DNA of 64,000 nt from Candidatus Entotheonellaceae bacterium (GTDB lineage Bacteria; Tectomicrobia; Entotheonellia; Entotheonellales; Entotheonellaceae): the NCBI GenBank assembly GCA_965238075.1, contig OZ250173.1, positions 352,001 through 416,000 of the forward strand, read 5' to 3'. Of this stretch, positions 50,968 to 61,145 are shown piece after piece. Each line of letters begins with the position of its first letter. Positions within the stretch are counted from its first letter, which is position 1. The notes beneath the pieces are model-generated. The model was not told the DNA's origin, did not search any database, and saw only the letters and a program-made list of their open reading frames with translations. The translations under genes were made by a program, and so were the position numbers.

Positions 50968-51396
50968 ATGCGCTTATTCGTCCTGGCGATCACCCTGGCC
51001 ATCTTTGCGAGCCTGGCGGCTACACCTCCAGCCTACACGCAAGACGCCAACCCTGAACTGACCGCGGATTTACAGAAATGGCTGGTCGGAAGCTGGATGT
51101 GCCGCTACAGCCGCTCGATGCGAATGCAGGCCATCTACGGGGCGGACAAGCAATTCGAGTGGATTTTCCATATCGGGATGGTGCCATACGCAACGACGAT
51201 TCGCATATTCGGGTCGTACGAAATCACCACGCCGGGCAACGACGGCCACGACGCCATGGTGCTGGCAACGATCCAGGGCTCGTTTCCGGAGGACCCTCAA
51301 TATCAGGCAGGCCGAGAGGAGCAGGCGGACTTCACGCGGGCCGGGCCGAACGCCTTGCGAGATGGCACCGGGGACTGCGAGCGGGGCTCGGAATAA
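50968..51396 (+). CDS. Exported hypothetical protein
   Basis: AAGGAG RBS, signal peptide, LVGSW.C motif. Confidence 0.65.
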   Translation: MRLFVLAITLAIFASLAATPPAYTQDANPELTADLQKWLVGSWMCRYSRSMRMQAIYGADKQFEWIFHIGMVPYATTIRIFGSYEITTPGNDGHDAMVLATIQGSFPEDPQYQAGREEQADFTRAGPNALRDGTGDCERGSE

Positions 51397-51470
51397 GTGG
51401 AAGCGAGGCCAGATGATCGGCTAATGATCGCTCGCTCCCTCAACATGTGGTAACTCAGAAGAGGCTCCGC

Positions 51471-52592
51471 CTAGTTCCCCCAATAATGCGGCACCAGGAT
51501 CTCCATGGGGGGCCGCAGCCGCCGGGCGTGCGGCACGGCGCGTTCGGCGAACGTCCGCTGCGACTCGAGCACCTTGGCGAAAAAGGGATTCTTGGCGGAT
51601 TCCACCTCGAACACCTTGTCCATCGCCTCCAGCTCGGCCCTCAGCACGTCGTCCGGCGTGCGCATGATTTCCACGCCGTGCTTGCTGGTCAATTCTTCGA
51701 CCGCCTTGCTTTCCATGTCTACGCTGAGCGCCGCCATGCGGATGATCTCAGCCAAGCAGGCGGATTTGACGATGGCCTTGAGGTCGTCGGGTAACGCCTC
51801 CCAGACGCTGGTGTTGATCAACAAGTCCTGGAGTGAAGCGGGCTGCCGCAGGTCGGGCATGTAGTAATACTTTGCGACATTGTGGAACCCGATGAGGATG
51901 TCGTGGCTGGGGATGGCCCACTCGGCTCCGTCCACGGCGCCGCGCTCCAGAGCCGGCAGCACCTCGCCGCCGGGCAGGGTCACCACCGATACGCCCATGT
52001 TCTGCATCATTTCCATGCCGAGGCCGGAGGTACGGTACTTCAACTGCCGCAACTCATCCAGGCTGGTAAACGGCTTGCGCACCCACCCAAATGCTTCCCA
52101 ATACGGCAGGCCGGTGGTGAACAAGGCAACGACGTCCAGGCCGAGTTCCTTCTGCAACAATTCGTTGTAGAGGCTCGCCCCATCGCCGGCGAACAGCCAG
52201 GCGATGAATTCCTCGCGCCCGAGACCGAACGGGCCACCGGGAGGCGGGCCATACAGACCAGCGGCGGGATGCTTGCCGGCCCAGTAACCCGGCCAGGCAT
52301 GCGCGGCGTCGAGGAGGCCGCGGTGCACCGCGTCCAGAACCTCGAACGCCCCAACGATGGCGCCAGCCGGCATGACTTCCCATCGGAGCCGCCCGTCGGA
52401 CATTTCTTCAACGTCCGCCGCCAGGCGCTGAATCGACTTGTGCAACAGGTTGCCCGTCGGCCAGGTGCTCTGCAGCTGCCACACGATGGGCTTGCTGCGG
52501 TTCTCGGCCGCCACCTGGGAAATCCAACCGCCGCCGACCACCAGACACGCCAGCAGCAACGCAGTCGCCTTGATGCGATTCCACCCCTTCAT
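51471..52592 (-). CDS. TRAP transporter solute-binding protein, paralog of 30299-31432
   Basis: QSTWP, PAGAIVGAF, LPGGEV, DGAEW. Confidence 0.9.
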   Translation of the reverse strand: MKGWNRIKATALLLACLVVGGGWISQVAAENRSKPIVWQLQSTWPTGNLLHKSIQRLAADVEEMSDGRLRWEVMPAGAIVGAFEVLDAVHRGLLDAAHAWPGYWAGKHPAAGLYGPPPGGPFGLGREEFIAWLFAGDGASLYNELLQKELGLDVVALFTTGLPYWEAFGWVRKPFTSLDELRQLKYRTSGLGMEMMQNMGVSVVTLPGGEVLPALERGAVDGAEWAIPSHDILIGFHNVAKYYYMPDLRQPASLQDLLINTSVWEALPDDLKAIVKSACLAEIIRMAALSVDMESKAVEELTSKHGVEIMRTPDDVLRAELEAMDKVFEVESAKNPFFAKVLESQRTFAERAVPHARRLRPPMEILVPHYWGN

Positions 52593-52811
52593 GCCATGCT
52601 CCCTCTCGGCAAACCTTATTCGTCATGCACTGCCCAGCAGTGCGAAACGGCGGGCACCTTACGCGGTGGGTTGGGCGGTGTCAACCAACCCAATCCAGGC
52701 GGGAAATGCCCGCCCGGCATCGCGGACAAGCCACTTGAATTACGCGACTGAAGAATCTACCCTCGTCATTCGTCGTCCTAGCCCTGAAGCTCTTTCACGG
52801 AGGAAGCACCC

Positions 52812-54572
52812 ATGGCCGCAGGCAGCCAGCCGCAATACCGTGTCGCCGTCCACAAAGATGTGCCGTTCCAAACCCGCGACGGCGTCACGCTGCGCGCTGA
52901 CGTGTACCGCCCGGACGCCGACGGACGCTTCCCCGTGCTGCTCACACGCCTGCCCTACGACAAGAATGGCCGCCAACGGCCCGGCGACATCGACTGCTTC
53001 GTCGAACGCGGCTATGTGGTCGTCGGGCAGGACACGCGGGGCCGTTTCGCCTCCGAGGGTGACGAGTACTACCCGCTCATCTGGGAAGCCCAGGACGGCT
53101 ACGATGCCGTGGAATGGGCCGCCGCCCTGCCCTGGTCGGACGGCAACGTCGGCACCATGGGCCAGTCCTACCTCGGTGCCACGCAGTACCTGCTACTGCC
53201 GACCCGACCGCCGCACCTGAAGACGGCGTTTCCGATTTCCGCCTCCGCCGATTTTCATCAAAGCTGGGTCTACCACACCGGCGGCGCCTTTGAATTCGGC
53301 TGGCAGATTCCCTACGCCATTCTGATGGCCCGCGACACGCTCGCTCGCGAAGGACTGACGGAATCGCTGCTGCCTGCCCTGGAACGAGAGATCACCGACC
53401 CGGTCATAGCCTTCGGCCAGCCCCTCACCGAGGAAGCCTATCGCCGCCTGCCGCTGACGGTTTGGGACGACCTGCTCAAGCCGGTGGCCCGCTACCTCGG
53501 GGAGTACCTGCGCCATCCCGACGACGGCCCTTACTGGTGGGCCATCAACCTGGAACGGCAACTGCACAACATCAACATCCCCATGTACCACGTCACCTCC
53601 TGGTACGACATCTTCCTGCGCGGCGGCCTGACGGCATTCGCCGGCCTGCGTGAGCACGCCATGGGGGAAACGGCGCGCAACCACCAAAAACTGCTCGTCG
53701 GCCCCTGGGCGCACCTGTTCCCTTACACCAGCCCCACCTCACGCGGCACCGGCGACATCGACTTCGGCGACAACGCGAAAATCGAATTGCACGAGACGCA
53801 GTTGCGCTGGTTCGATCACTGGCTGAAAGGCATCGACACGGGCATTGCCGACGAACCGCCGGTGAAGCTGTTCGTGATGGGAGAAAACGCCTGGCGCGAC
53901 GAGAACGAGTGGCCGCTGGCGCGCACCCGCTACACGCCCTATTACTTCCACAGCCGGGGCCAAGCCAACAGCGCCGCCGGCGACGGCAGCCTGAGCGCAG
54001 CGGCCCCCGGCGAGGAACCGCCGGACCGTTTCGTGTACGACCCCGATAATCCGGTGCCGACCCGCGGCGGCAATACCCTCATCATCCCCGTCGGCGTACA
54101 GGACCAGCGAGAGGTGGAATCACGGCAGGACGTTCTGGTTTACACGGGCGAACCGTTAAGCGAGCCGCTGGAGGTGACCGGCCCCGTCACCGTGACGCTC
54201 TTCGCCGCCACCAGCGCGCCGGACACCGACTTCACCGCCAAATTGGTGGACGTGCGGCCCGACGGCTACGCACGCAATCTGGCAGACGGTATCATCCGGG
54301 GCCGTTACCGCGCCTCCCGCACCCGCCCCACCCTGCTGCAACCCGACACCGTCAGCGAATTCACCATCGACTTGTGGGCAACCAGCCATGTGTTTCTGCC
54401 GGGGCACCGCATCCGGGTGGAGATTTCTTCCAGCAACTTTCCACGCTTCGACCGCAACCTCAACACCGGCGACGACCAAGCGACCAGCAGCCGGTTCCAA
54501 ACTGCGAGCCAGAGCGTGTTCCACGATCCCCGGTATCCCTCGCACATCGTGCTGCCGGTCATTCCGAGGTAG
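52812..54572 (+). CDS. CocE/NonD family hydrolase
   Basis: RDGVTLRADVYRP, GQSY, WYD, GPWAH, SSNFPRF. Confidence 0.92.
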   Translation: MAAGSQPQYRVAVHKDVPFQTRDGVTLRADVYRPDADGRFPVLLTRLPYDKNGRQRPGDIDCFVERGYVVVGQDTRGRFASEGDEYYPLIWEAQDGYDAVEWAAALPWSDGNVGTMGQSYLGATQYLLLPTRPPHLKTAFPISASADFHQSWVYHTGGAFEFGWQIPYAILMARDTLAREGLTESLLPALEREITDPVIAFGQPLTEEAYRRLPLTVWDDLLKPVARYLGEYLRHPDDGPYWWAINLERQLHNINIPMYHVTSWYDIFLRGGLTAFAGLREHAMGETARNHQKLLVGPWAHLFPYTSPTSRGTGDIDFGDNAKIELHETQLRWFDHWLKGIDTGIADEPPVKLFVMGENAWRDENEWPLARTRYTPYYFHSRGQANSAAGDGSLSAAAPGEEPPDRFVYDPDNPVPTRGGNTLIIPVGVQDQREVESRQDVLVYTGEPLSEPLEVTGPVTVTLFAATSAPDTDFTAKLVDVRPDGYARNLADGIIRGRYRASRTRPTLLQPDTVSEFTIDLWATSHVFLPGHRIRVEISSSNFPRFDRNLNTGDDQATSSRFQTASQSVFHDPRYPSHIVLPVIPR

Positions 54573-54591
54573 GAGGCCTTCGCTCGCCGCG

Positions 54592-55599
54592 TCAGCCCTG
54601 TAGCCGTTGACGCAGATCGCTGATCGTGTATTTGCCCGGCTTTTCGCGTTTTGCCGCCATGTCATTGATCAGGTCCAGCAGGAGACTGCTGTATGGCGTT
54701 GGGACATTGTGGTGGCGGCCAAGCTCAACGATCTCGCCGTTGAAATAATCGGCTTCCACCTCGCCGCGCTGGTGATACAGGTCCTGCCACAACGAGGCGC
54801 GGCCCTTGAGTTCGTCGTCCTCCGGCACATCCGGCTTGAAGTCTGGATTGCGCAACTCGGCAATGCGGTCTTCGATCGGCCCCATGTCGGGCGGCCCTTC
54901 ATAGGCGATCCCGGCGGCGCGCAGCACCCGGACGCCCTCCTCCCACACGTCCGCCATCCACAGACGCGCCTCGCTGTCCGAACGCGCTTCCTGGCTGGCC
55001 AGCCCGGTCAACCCCATGGTGGCGTTGTTGAGGTTGATCAGCATCTTGTTCCACTTAGCTTGGACAATGCGTTCGGTGGTGTAAACCAGCAAGTCGGTCT
55101 TTTCCAGAGCAGCGGCAACGTCCTGGGCCGCTTGGCTGAGTCCCTCCGGATAGGTGCCGACGCCGACCGGCCCGTTGCCGGTGTGCACGATCTCTCCCGG
55201 GTTCAGGCGCTTCGCGCCGATCAGCACCATGACGCCGTTGACGTTTCTGAAGTATTGACCCGCCGTGGGCTCGTTGGCGACCCCGTTCTGCGAACAGAAG
55301 ATCGGCAATTCCAACGCCGTGGCACGCCGCAGCTCGGCACAAGCAGCAGCGCAGTGGAACGATTTGACGGACATGAATACCGCGTCGTCGGGTCGAAAGT
55401 CGATGTCGCTGGCCTGCATGACGGCGGTGACCGGCAGGGTGTGGTTGCCGAGCACCCCCTTGAGTTGCAAACCGTGCTCGTTGAGCGCCGCAACGTGCTC
55501 GGCAATTTTATCGATAAAGATAACCTCAAAACCGGCTTTGGCCAGTTGACCGCCCAGGATTCCCCCAATCGCACCCGCACCACACATGACGAAACGCAT
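54592..55599 (-). CDS. Ketopantoate reductase family protein
   Basis: GAGAIG, QNGV, WNKMLIN, SLWQD, EADYFNG. Confidence 0.85.
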   Translation of the reverse strand: MRFVMCGAGAIGGILGGQLAKAGFEVIFIDKIAEHVAALNEHGLQLKGVLGNHTLPVTAVMQASDIDFRPDDAVFMSVKSFHCAAACAELRRATALELPIFCSQNGVANEPTAGQYFRNVNGVMVLIGAKRLNPGEIVHTGNGPVGVGTYPEGLSQAAQDVAAALEKTDLLVYTTERIVQAKWNKMLINLNNATMGLTGLASQEARSDSEARLWMADVWEEGVRVLRAAGIAYEGPPDMGPIEDRIAELRNPDFKPDVPEDDELKGRASLWQDLYHQRGEVEADYFNGEIVELGRHHNVPTPYSSLLLDLINDMAAKREKPGKYTISDLRQRLQG

Positions 55600-55698
55600 T
55601 GGTATACTCCTCCAGTGAACATTGACTGCCGCGACAACAAGGCCCGGTTGTACTCACAACAATACGACAGGTCAATAAGATGTCCGGCACCAGTAGGG

Positions 55699-56436
55699 TT
55701 AAAGGTCCGCCAGAAAATCGATAATCGCCTGGCGAAAGGCGACGACGTGGCTAGTCATGATGCCGTGACGGCCGCCCTCGATGCTGATCAAAGAGGCGTT
55801 ACGTAATCCGGCGTGCAAGCGGCGGCCTTCGGTAAACGGGACTTCTTCGTCCGCCGTGCCATGCAGGACGAGCGCCGGCGCCTCAACCTCACCCAGGCGG
55901 CTGGCAATCGGGTCGCCATGCAGGTGATAGGCCAGGTAAGTCTGCAGAATACCGCCGACGGATCCACCCGAGGCATGCCCCAGAATGTTCTGCAGATCCG
56001 ACAAAGCGATAGTGCCCAGATAGGTCGTCAGCGAAGCCAGCTCCGGCGGCACCCGCACCGTCTGCGAGGCGGTGCTGCTGAGCACCAGGCCCATGACCCG
56101 CTGCGGGTGATCCAGCGCGCACTGAAGCACCTGCGGCCCGCCGGCCGAGGTGCCCATAAGCACGGCCCGAGGGTGCCCCAAATGATCCAGCAACCCCAGG
56201 ATGTCTGCGACGAAACATTCAAACCCATAGCCGGCCGCCGGCTCCTCCGACTGCCCCGCGGCGCGGCGGTCAAAGGCGATAACCGTGGCGTGCTGCGCCA
56301 ACTCGGCCATGTGATGCTGTCGGAATACCTCGCTGCCCCTGCCGCCGCCCAAGCCGCCGTGCACGAACACAAACGGCACGCCCTCCCCGGCCACCTCGTA
56401 ATACATACCAAATCCGTTGATCCGTTCCCTCGGCAT
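55699..56436 (-). CDS. Alpha/beta hydrolase
   Basis: FVHG, GTSAGG, HGTAD, GRH. Confidence 0.85.
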   Translation of the reverse strand: MPRERINGFGMYYEVAGEGVPFVFVHGGLGGGRGSEVFRQHHMAELAQHATVIAFDRRAAGQSEEPAAGYGFECFVADILGLLDHLGHPRAVLMGTSAGGPQVLQCALDHPQRVMGLVLSSTASQTVRVPPELASLTTYLGTIALSDLQNILGHASGGSVGGILQTYLAYHLHGDPIASRLGEVEAPALVLHGTADEEVPFTEGRRLHAGLRNASLISIEGGRHGIMTSHVVAFRQAIIDFLADL

Positions 56437-56550
56437 GTACAACACCCGCCACGAGGCAATGAACGCCTCGCTTTTTTGTTACCCCGTCAGGTTTTTGCTA
56501 CAGTTGAAAATCAATCCGCACCTTAATGGGTTGGAGAAAACGAGTCTAAC

Positions 56551-59500
56551 ATGAACATTCAGGAGTTATTGCAAGAGCGCGTCCTGGTTCTGGACGGTGC
56601 AATGGGGACTTTCCTGCAGGCCAAGCCGCTCACGGCTACCGATTTCGGCGGCCCCGACTACGAGGGTTGTTACGAACATCTAAACCTCACGCGGCCCGAC
56701 GTGCTCCGCGACATCCACGGCGCCTACCTGCATGCCGGCGCCGACATTATTTGTACCAACACCTTCGGCGGCACGCGCATCGTGCTTTCCGAATACAACC
56801 TGCAACATCAGGTGCACGCCATTAACGCCGCGGCGGCGCGTCTGGCGCGAGAAGCCGTCGCTGCACACAACACGTCGGACAAGCCGCGCTTTGCCGCCGG
56901 GTCGCTGGGACCGCAGACCAAGACCATCACCGTTACCGGCGGCGTGACGTTCGACGAGGTCATTGACGCCTTCCGCGAGCAGACCCTGGGGCTGCTGGAG
57001 GGCGGCATCGATCTGCTGCTCATCGAAACGGCGCAGGACACCCTGAACCTCAAGGCCACTGTCTTGGGCGCCCGCCGTGCCATGCAGGAGGCTGGACGCC
57101 AAGTACCCTTCATGATTTCGGCGACCATCGAGCCGATGGGCACCATGCTCGGCGGCCAGAACGTCGAGGCGCTCTATACCTCCATCGCACACTATAAACC
57201 GCTGGCCATTGGCCTCAATTGCGCCACCGGCCCGGAGTTCATGACCGACCACCTGCGCAGCCTCGCCGACCTGTCATCCGTTCCCGTAAGCTGCCACCCC
57301 AACGCCGGCCTGCCGGACGAAGAGGGTCACTATCACGAGACGCCGACGTCGCTCGCCACGCAGCTCGAACGCTTCATCGACAACGGCTGGGTGCACGTCG
57401 CGGGCGGTTGCTGCGGCACCACGCCGCAACACATCGAAGTGCTGGCCGACATGGCACAGAGCAAGCGTCCCCAACCCCCTGCAGGCCGAGGCCGCACGGT
57501 CGTGGCCGTATCGGGTCTGGACTACCTGCCCTTGGAGGCCGACAACCGCCCGGTCATCGTCGGCGAGCGCACCAACGTTATCGGCTCCAAGCGTTTCCGC
57601 GACCTGATCGGCGCCAGCGAGTTTGAGCGGGCTGCCGACATCGGCCGCGCCCAGATCAAGGGAGGCGCACAAGTAGTAGACATTTGCCTGGCCAATCCAG
57701 ACCGCGACGAATACGCCGACATGCAGCACTTCCTGAAATTCGTCGCCGGCAAGATGCGCGTGCCGTTGATGATCGATTCCACCGAGGCGCCGGTCATTGA
57801 GCTGGCGCTGAAACACTCGCCCGGCAAGGCCATCGTCAACTCGATCAACCTCGAAGACGGCGAGGAGCGCTTCGCCGCTATCGTGCCGTTGCTGCGTACG
57901 TATGGCGCCGCGGTGGTGGTCGGCTGCATCGACGAGGACCCAGTGCAGGGCATGGGCGTCAGCCGCGAACGTAAACTGGCCATCGCCCAACGCGCTTATG
58001 ACCTGCTCACCGGCGAATACGGCCTGTTGCCACGGGACATCATCTTCGACCCGCTCGTCTTCCCGGTCGGCACCGGCGACGAAAACTACATCGGCTCAGC
58101 CGCCGAGACCATCGCCGGCGTCCACGCGATCAAGGAACGGTTCCCCCTGTGCAGCACCATCTTGGGTATTTCCAACGTCTCGTTCGGCCTGCCCAACGCC
58201 GGCCGCGAGGTGCTGAACGCCGTATTTCTATACCACTGCACCCGCGCCGGTCTGGACTATGCCATCGTCAACTCGGAACGGCTGGAGCGCTATGCCTCCA
58301 TTTCGGAGGCAGAACGGCGGCTTGCCGAGGATCTGCTGTTTTGGCGCGGCGACGACCCCATCGGGGCATTCAGCGGATTTTATCGAGGGAAAAAGCCCGG
58401 CGCCCGCAAGCCGACCGTCACCCTCCCCTTGGAGCAGCGGCTCCCGTCCTACGTAGTGGAGGGGAGCAAGGACGGCCTGGTTGCCGACTTGGAACAGGCC
58501 CTGCAGCAGCATGCTGCCATGGAGATTATCAACGGCCCGCTGATGGACGGCATGACGGAGGTAGGGCGGCTGTTCAACAACAACGAATTGATTATCGCCG
58601 AGGTGCTGCTTAGCGCCGAGGTGATGAAGGCGGCCGTGTCCTACCTCGAGCCCTACATGGAAAAGGGTGAGAGCAGTCTGAAAGGCAAGATCATCCTGGC
58701 TACCGTGAAGGGCGACGTGCACGACATCGGCAAGAACCTAGTGGACATCGTGCTGAGCAACAACGGCTTTGAGGTCATCAACCTGGGCATCAAGGTGTTG
58801 CCGCAGCAGTTGATCGAGGCGTACCGCGCCGAGCAGCCGGACACCATCGGCTTGTCCGGGCTGTTGGTCAAATCGGCCCAACAGATGATGTTGACGGCGC
58901 AGGACCTGCGCGAAGCCGGCGTCAAGGCTCCTATCCTGGTGGGCGGCGCAGCGCTGTCGAATCGCTTCACGGCGCTGAAAATCGCCCCGGCCTACGACGG
59001 TGCGCCGGTGCTCTACGCCAAGGACGCCATGCAGGGTCTCGACCTCGCCAACCAGCTCAGCAAGGATTCCCAGCGCGAAGACCTCGTGGCACGGGTGCAA
59101 GCGGAGCAGCAGGCGTTACGCCTCCGCGCCAGCGATGCCGAACCGCAGCGCGCCCCTGTCGCGGCCATTCGCGCCCAGCGCTCAGCGGTGCGCACCGACG
59201 TGCCGCTGCCCGGCGTCCCGACGTTCGAGCGCCTGGTGTTCCGCGGCTTGTCGCTTGACCATTTGTGGCCCTATCTGAACCCGCAGATGCTCTACGGCAA
59301 GCACATGGGCCTGCACGGCAACGTGCAGAAACGCTTCGCGCAGGGAGACCCCAAGGCCATCGCCATGAAAGAGCGCATCGACGCAGTATTCCAGGAGGTG
59401 GTAGGTGCCCAGCTGGTCAGCGCGCACGCCGTGTGCCGCTACTTTCCGGCACAGGCCGAAGGCGATTCGGTGCTCATCTACGACCCGGACAACCCCGCCA

Positions 59501-60003
59501 AGTTGATTGAGCGCTTCACGTTCCCGCGCCAAAGCGGCGGCAAGCATCTCTGCCTGGCCGACTTCGTGCGGCCCGTCGAGTCGGGCGACATGGATTCGGT
59601 CGCTTTCTTCGTCGTCACCTGCGGACTGGGCGTGCGCGACCTTGCAACCATGTACAAAGACGCCGGCGCCTACATGCGTTCCCACGCCATCCAGGCCATC
59701 GCCATTGAGCTGGCGGAGGCCTTCGCCGAAAAGCTACATCAGGATCTGAGAGCTTGGTGGGACTTCCCCGACCCGCCGGAAATGACCATGCGCGACCGCT
59801 TCCGGGCGGCGTATCGTGGCCTGCGGGTGTCGTTCGGCTACCCCGCCTGCCCGGACCTGGAGGATCAGGACAAGCTGTTTCGGCTGCTGCGCCCGGAGGC
59901 CATCGACGTGCAGTTGACCGACGGTTTCATGATGGACCCCGAGGCGTCGGTGTCGGCACTCGTGCTGCATCACCCGGAGGCGGAGTATTTTCGGGCCGAA
60001 TAA
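56551..60003 (+). CDS. metH: Cobalamin-dependent methionine synthase
   Basis: LDGAMGT, GGCCGT, GERTN, DVHDIGKN, GYPACPD. Confidence 0.96.
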   Translation: MNIQELLQERVLVLDGAMGTFLQAKPLTATDFGGPDYEGCYEHLNLTRPDVLRDIHGAYLHAGADIICTNTFGGTRIVLSEYNLQHQVHAINAAAARLAREAVAAHNTSDKPRFAAGSLGPQTKTITVTGGVTFDEVIDAFREQTLGLLEGGIDLLLIETAQDTLNLKATVLGARRAMQEAGRQVPFMISATIEPMGTMLGGQNVEALYTSIAHYKPLAIGLNCATGPEFMTDHLRSLADLSSVPVSCHPNAGLPDEEGHYHETPTSLATQLERFIDNGWVHVAGGCCGTTPQHIEVLADMAQSKRPQPPAGRGRTVVAVSGLDYLPLEADNRPVIVGERTNVIGSKRFRDLIGASEFERAADIGRAQIKGGAQVVDICLANPDRDEYADMQHFLKFVAGKMRVPLMIDSTEAPVIELALKHSPGKAIVNSINLEDGEERFAAIVPLLRTYGAAVVVGCIDEDPVQGMGVSRERKLAIAQRAYDLLTGEYGLLPRDIIFDPLVFPVGTGDENYIGSAAETIAGVHAIKERFPLCSTILGISNVSFGLPNAGREVLNAVFLYHCTRAGLDYAIVNSERLERYASISEAERRLAEDLLFWRGDDPIGAFSGFYRGKKPGARKPTVTLPLEQRLPSYVVEGSKDGLVADLEQALQQHAAMEIINGPLMDGMTEVGRLFNNNELIIAEVLLSAEVMKAAVSYLEPYMEKGESSLKGKIILATVKGDVHDIGKNLVDIVLSNNGFEVINLGIKVLPQQLIEAYRAEQPDTIGLSGLLVKSAQQMMLTAQDLREAGVKAPILVGGAALSNRFTALKIAPAYDGAPVLYAKDAMQGLDLANQLSKDSQREDLVARVQAEQQALRLRASDAEPQRAPVAAIRAQRSAVRTDVPLPGVPTFERLVFRGLSLDHLWPYLNPQMLYGKHMGLHGNVQKRFAQGDPKAIAMKERIDAVFQEVVGAQLVSAHAVCRYFPAQAEGDSVLIYDPDNPAKLIERFTFPRQSGGKHLCLADFVRPVESGDMDSVAFFVVTCGLGVRDLATMYKDAGAYMRSHAIQAIAIELAEAFAEKLHQDLRAWWDFPDPPEMTMRDRFRAAYRGLRVSFGYPACPDLEDQDKLFRLLRPEAIDVQLTDGFMMDPEASVSALVLHHPEAEYFRAE

Positions 60004-60032
60004 CGCCAAACCCGTGATTGGGGGACCGAAAC

Positions 60033-60215
60033 ATGAAGATGCTCGCCTTTTTCCTCGTGCTCTATCTCTCGCATCGCTTCATGTTGTCCCTATCGCCGGC
60101 GTACAAGGCCCGGATGCAGCGCTTCGACCGCAAAATTACCTGGCTCAACATCATGCTGGTGACATACTTGGCTATCAGCTTCCTCGTGAAGGTGGTGCGC
60201 CATTTTGTGTTCTGA
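60033..60215 (+). CDS. Small two-helix membrane protein
   Basis: 60 aa with two hydrophobic segments; fills the gap between metH and the ferredoxin. Confidence 0.55.
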   Translation: MKMLAFFLVLYLSHRFMLSLSPAYKARMQRFDRKITWLNIMLVTYLAISFLVKVVRHFVF

Positions 60216-60230
60216 CGAGGGGATTTTGGA

Positions 60231-60584
60231 ATGTCGCATCCACAGTCCGCCACGACCGTTCGTTTGGCCAGCGTGAACGAGGTGCCGGAAGGCGCCGGGC
60301 GGGAGTTCAGGGTCGGCAAGCGCTTCATCGCCGTGTTCCGGTACGGCGGCGAATTCTTCGCCTTGGAAGACGTGTGCCCGCATGCCGGAGCGCCGCTGAG
60401 CGAGGGGCCCGTGCAAAACGGCACCATTATGTGCATGTGGCATGCTTGGCGTTTCAACCTGCGCGACGGCGTTTGCGTCAACATCCCCAAGGCGCCGCCG
60501 GTGCCTACCTATCCGCTCACCGTGCAGGGTGACGATCTGTTCGTGACCCTGCCGGGTGACACCAAGGAAGCCCCCACCTTATGA
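60231..60584 (+). CDS. Rieske [2Fe-2S] ferredoxin
   Basis: CPH...CMWH. Confidence 0.9.
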   Translation: MSHPQSATTVRLASVNEVPEGAGREFRVGKRFIAVFRYGGEFFALEDVCPHAGAPLSEGPVQNGTIMCMWHAWRFNLRDGVCVNIPKAPPVPTYPLTVQGDDLFVTLPGDTKEAPTL

Positions 60585-61114
60585 TCGCCAAGGCGCCGTC
60601 AGATCGAATCCTTGGGTACCTCGGAGCCGTTTGGGGCCTCGCGGGCATCGCTTTTTTGCTGGGCTATTCCGTATGGCGGCTGGCCGGGGTCGCCGCTGAC
60701 GCCTGGTCTTACGACCTTCACGTCCATCATTGGCTGGTCCTGGCAGTGCACGTCGCCTTCATGGCCTGGTCCGAGGGCTACCGCGGCTTTCAGCAGAATT
60801 TCTCGCCGCGTATCGTGGCGCGCGCCAGGTACCTGATTGCGCATCCGCGCCCGGCGCACGTGCTGCTGGCGCCGCTGTTCTGCATGGGTTACTTCCACTC
60901 CACAAAACGGCGCATGATATCCGTGTATGCGCTGACGGTGTTCATCATTCTGCTCATCATTGCGGTGCGGTGGCTCGCGCAACCGTGGCGGGGGATCGTC
61001 GATGCCGGGGTGGTCATCGGGCTGCTGTGGGGCCTCATTTCGATGGGCGCATTCACGCTGCGGGCGCTGACCGCGGATGACTATCCGTACGCTCCCGAAG
61101 TGCCCGAAGGCTAG
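60581..61114 (+). CDS. Conserved-looking membrane protein of unknown function
   Basis: Four hydrophobic helices; EGYRGFQ..FSPR and QPWRGIVDAGVV; ATGA overlap. Confidence 0.75.
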   Translation: MIAKAPSDRILGYLGAVWGLAGIAFLLGYSVWRLAGVAADAWSYDLHVHHWLVLAVHVAFMAWSEGYRGFQQNFSPRIVARARYLIAHPRPAHVLLAPLFCMGYFHSTKRRMISVYALTVFIILLIIAVRWLAQPWRGIVDAGVVIGLLWGLISMGAFTLRALTADDYPYAPEVPEG

Positions 61115-61145
61115 ACACCGCAAGCCAACCCTGTCTTATCTGGAG

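Noticed and set aside
56440-56550. SAM or cobalamin riboswitch upstream of metH
   Set aside because: The intergenic region is short and lacks recognisable conserved motifs.
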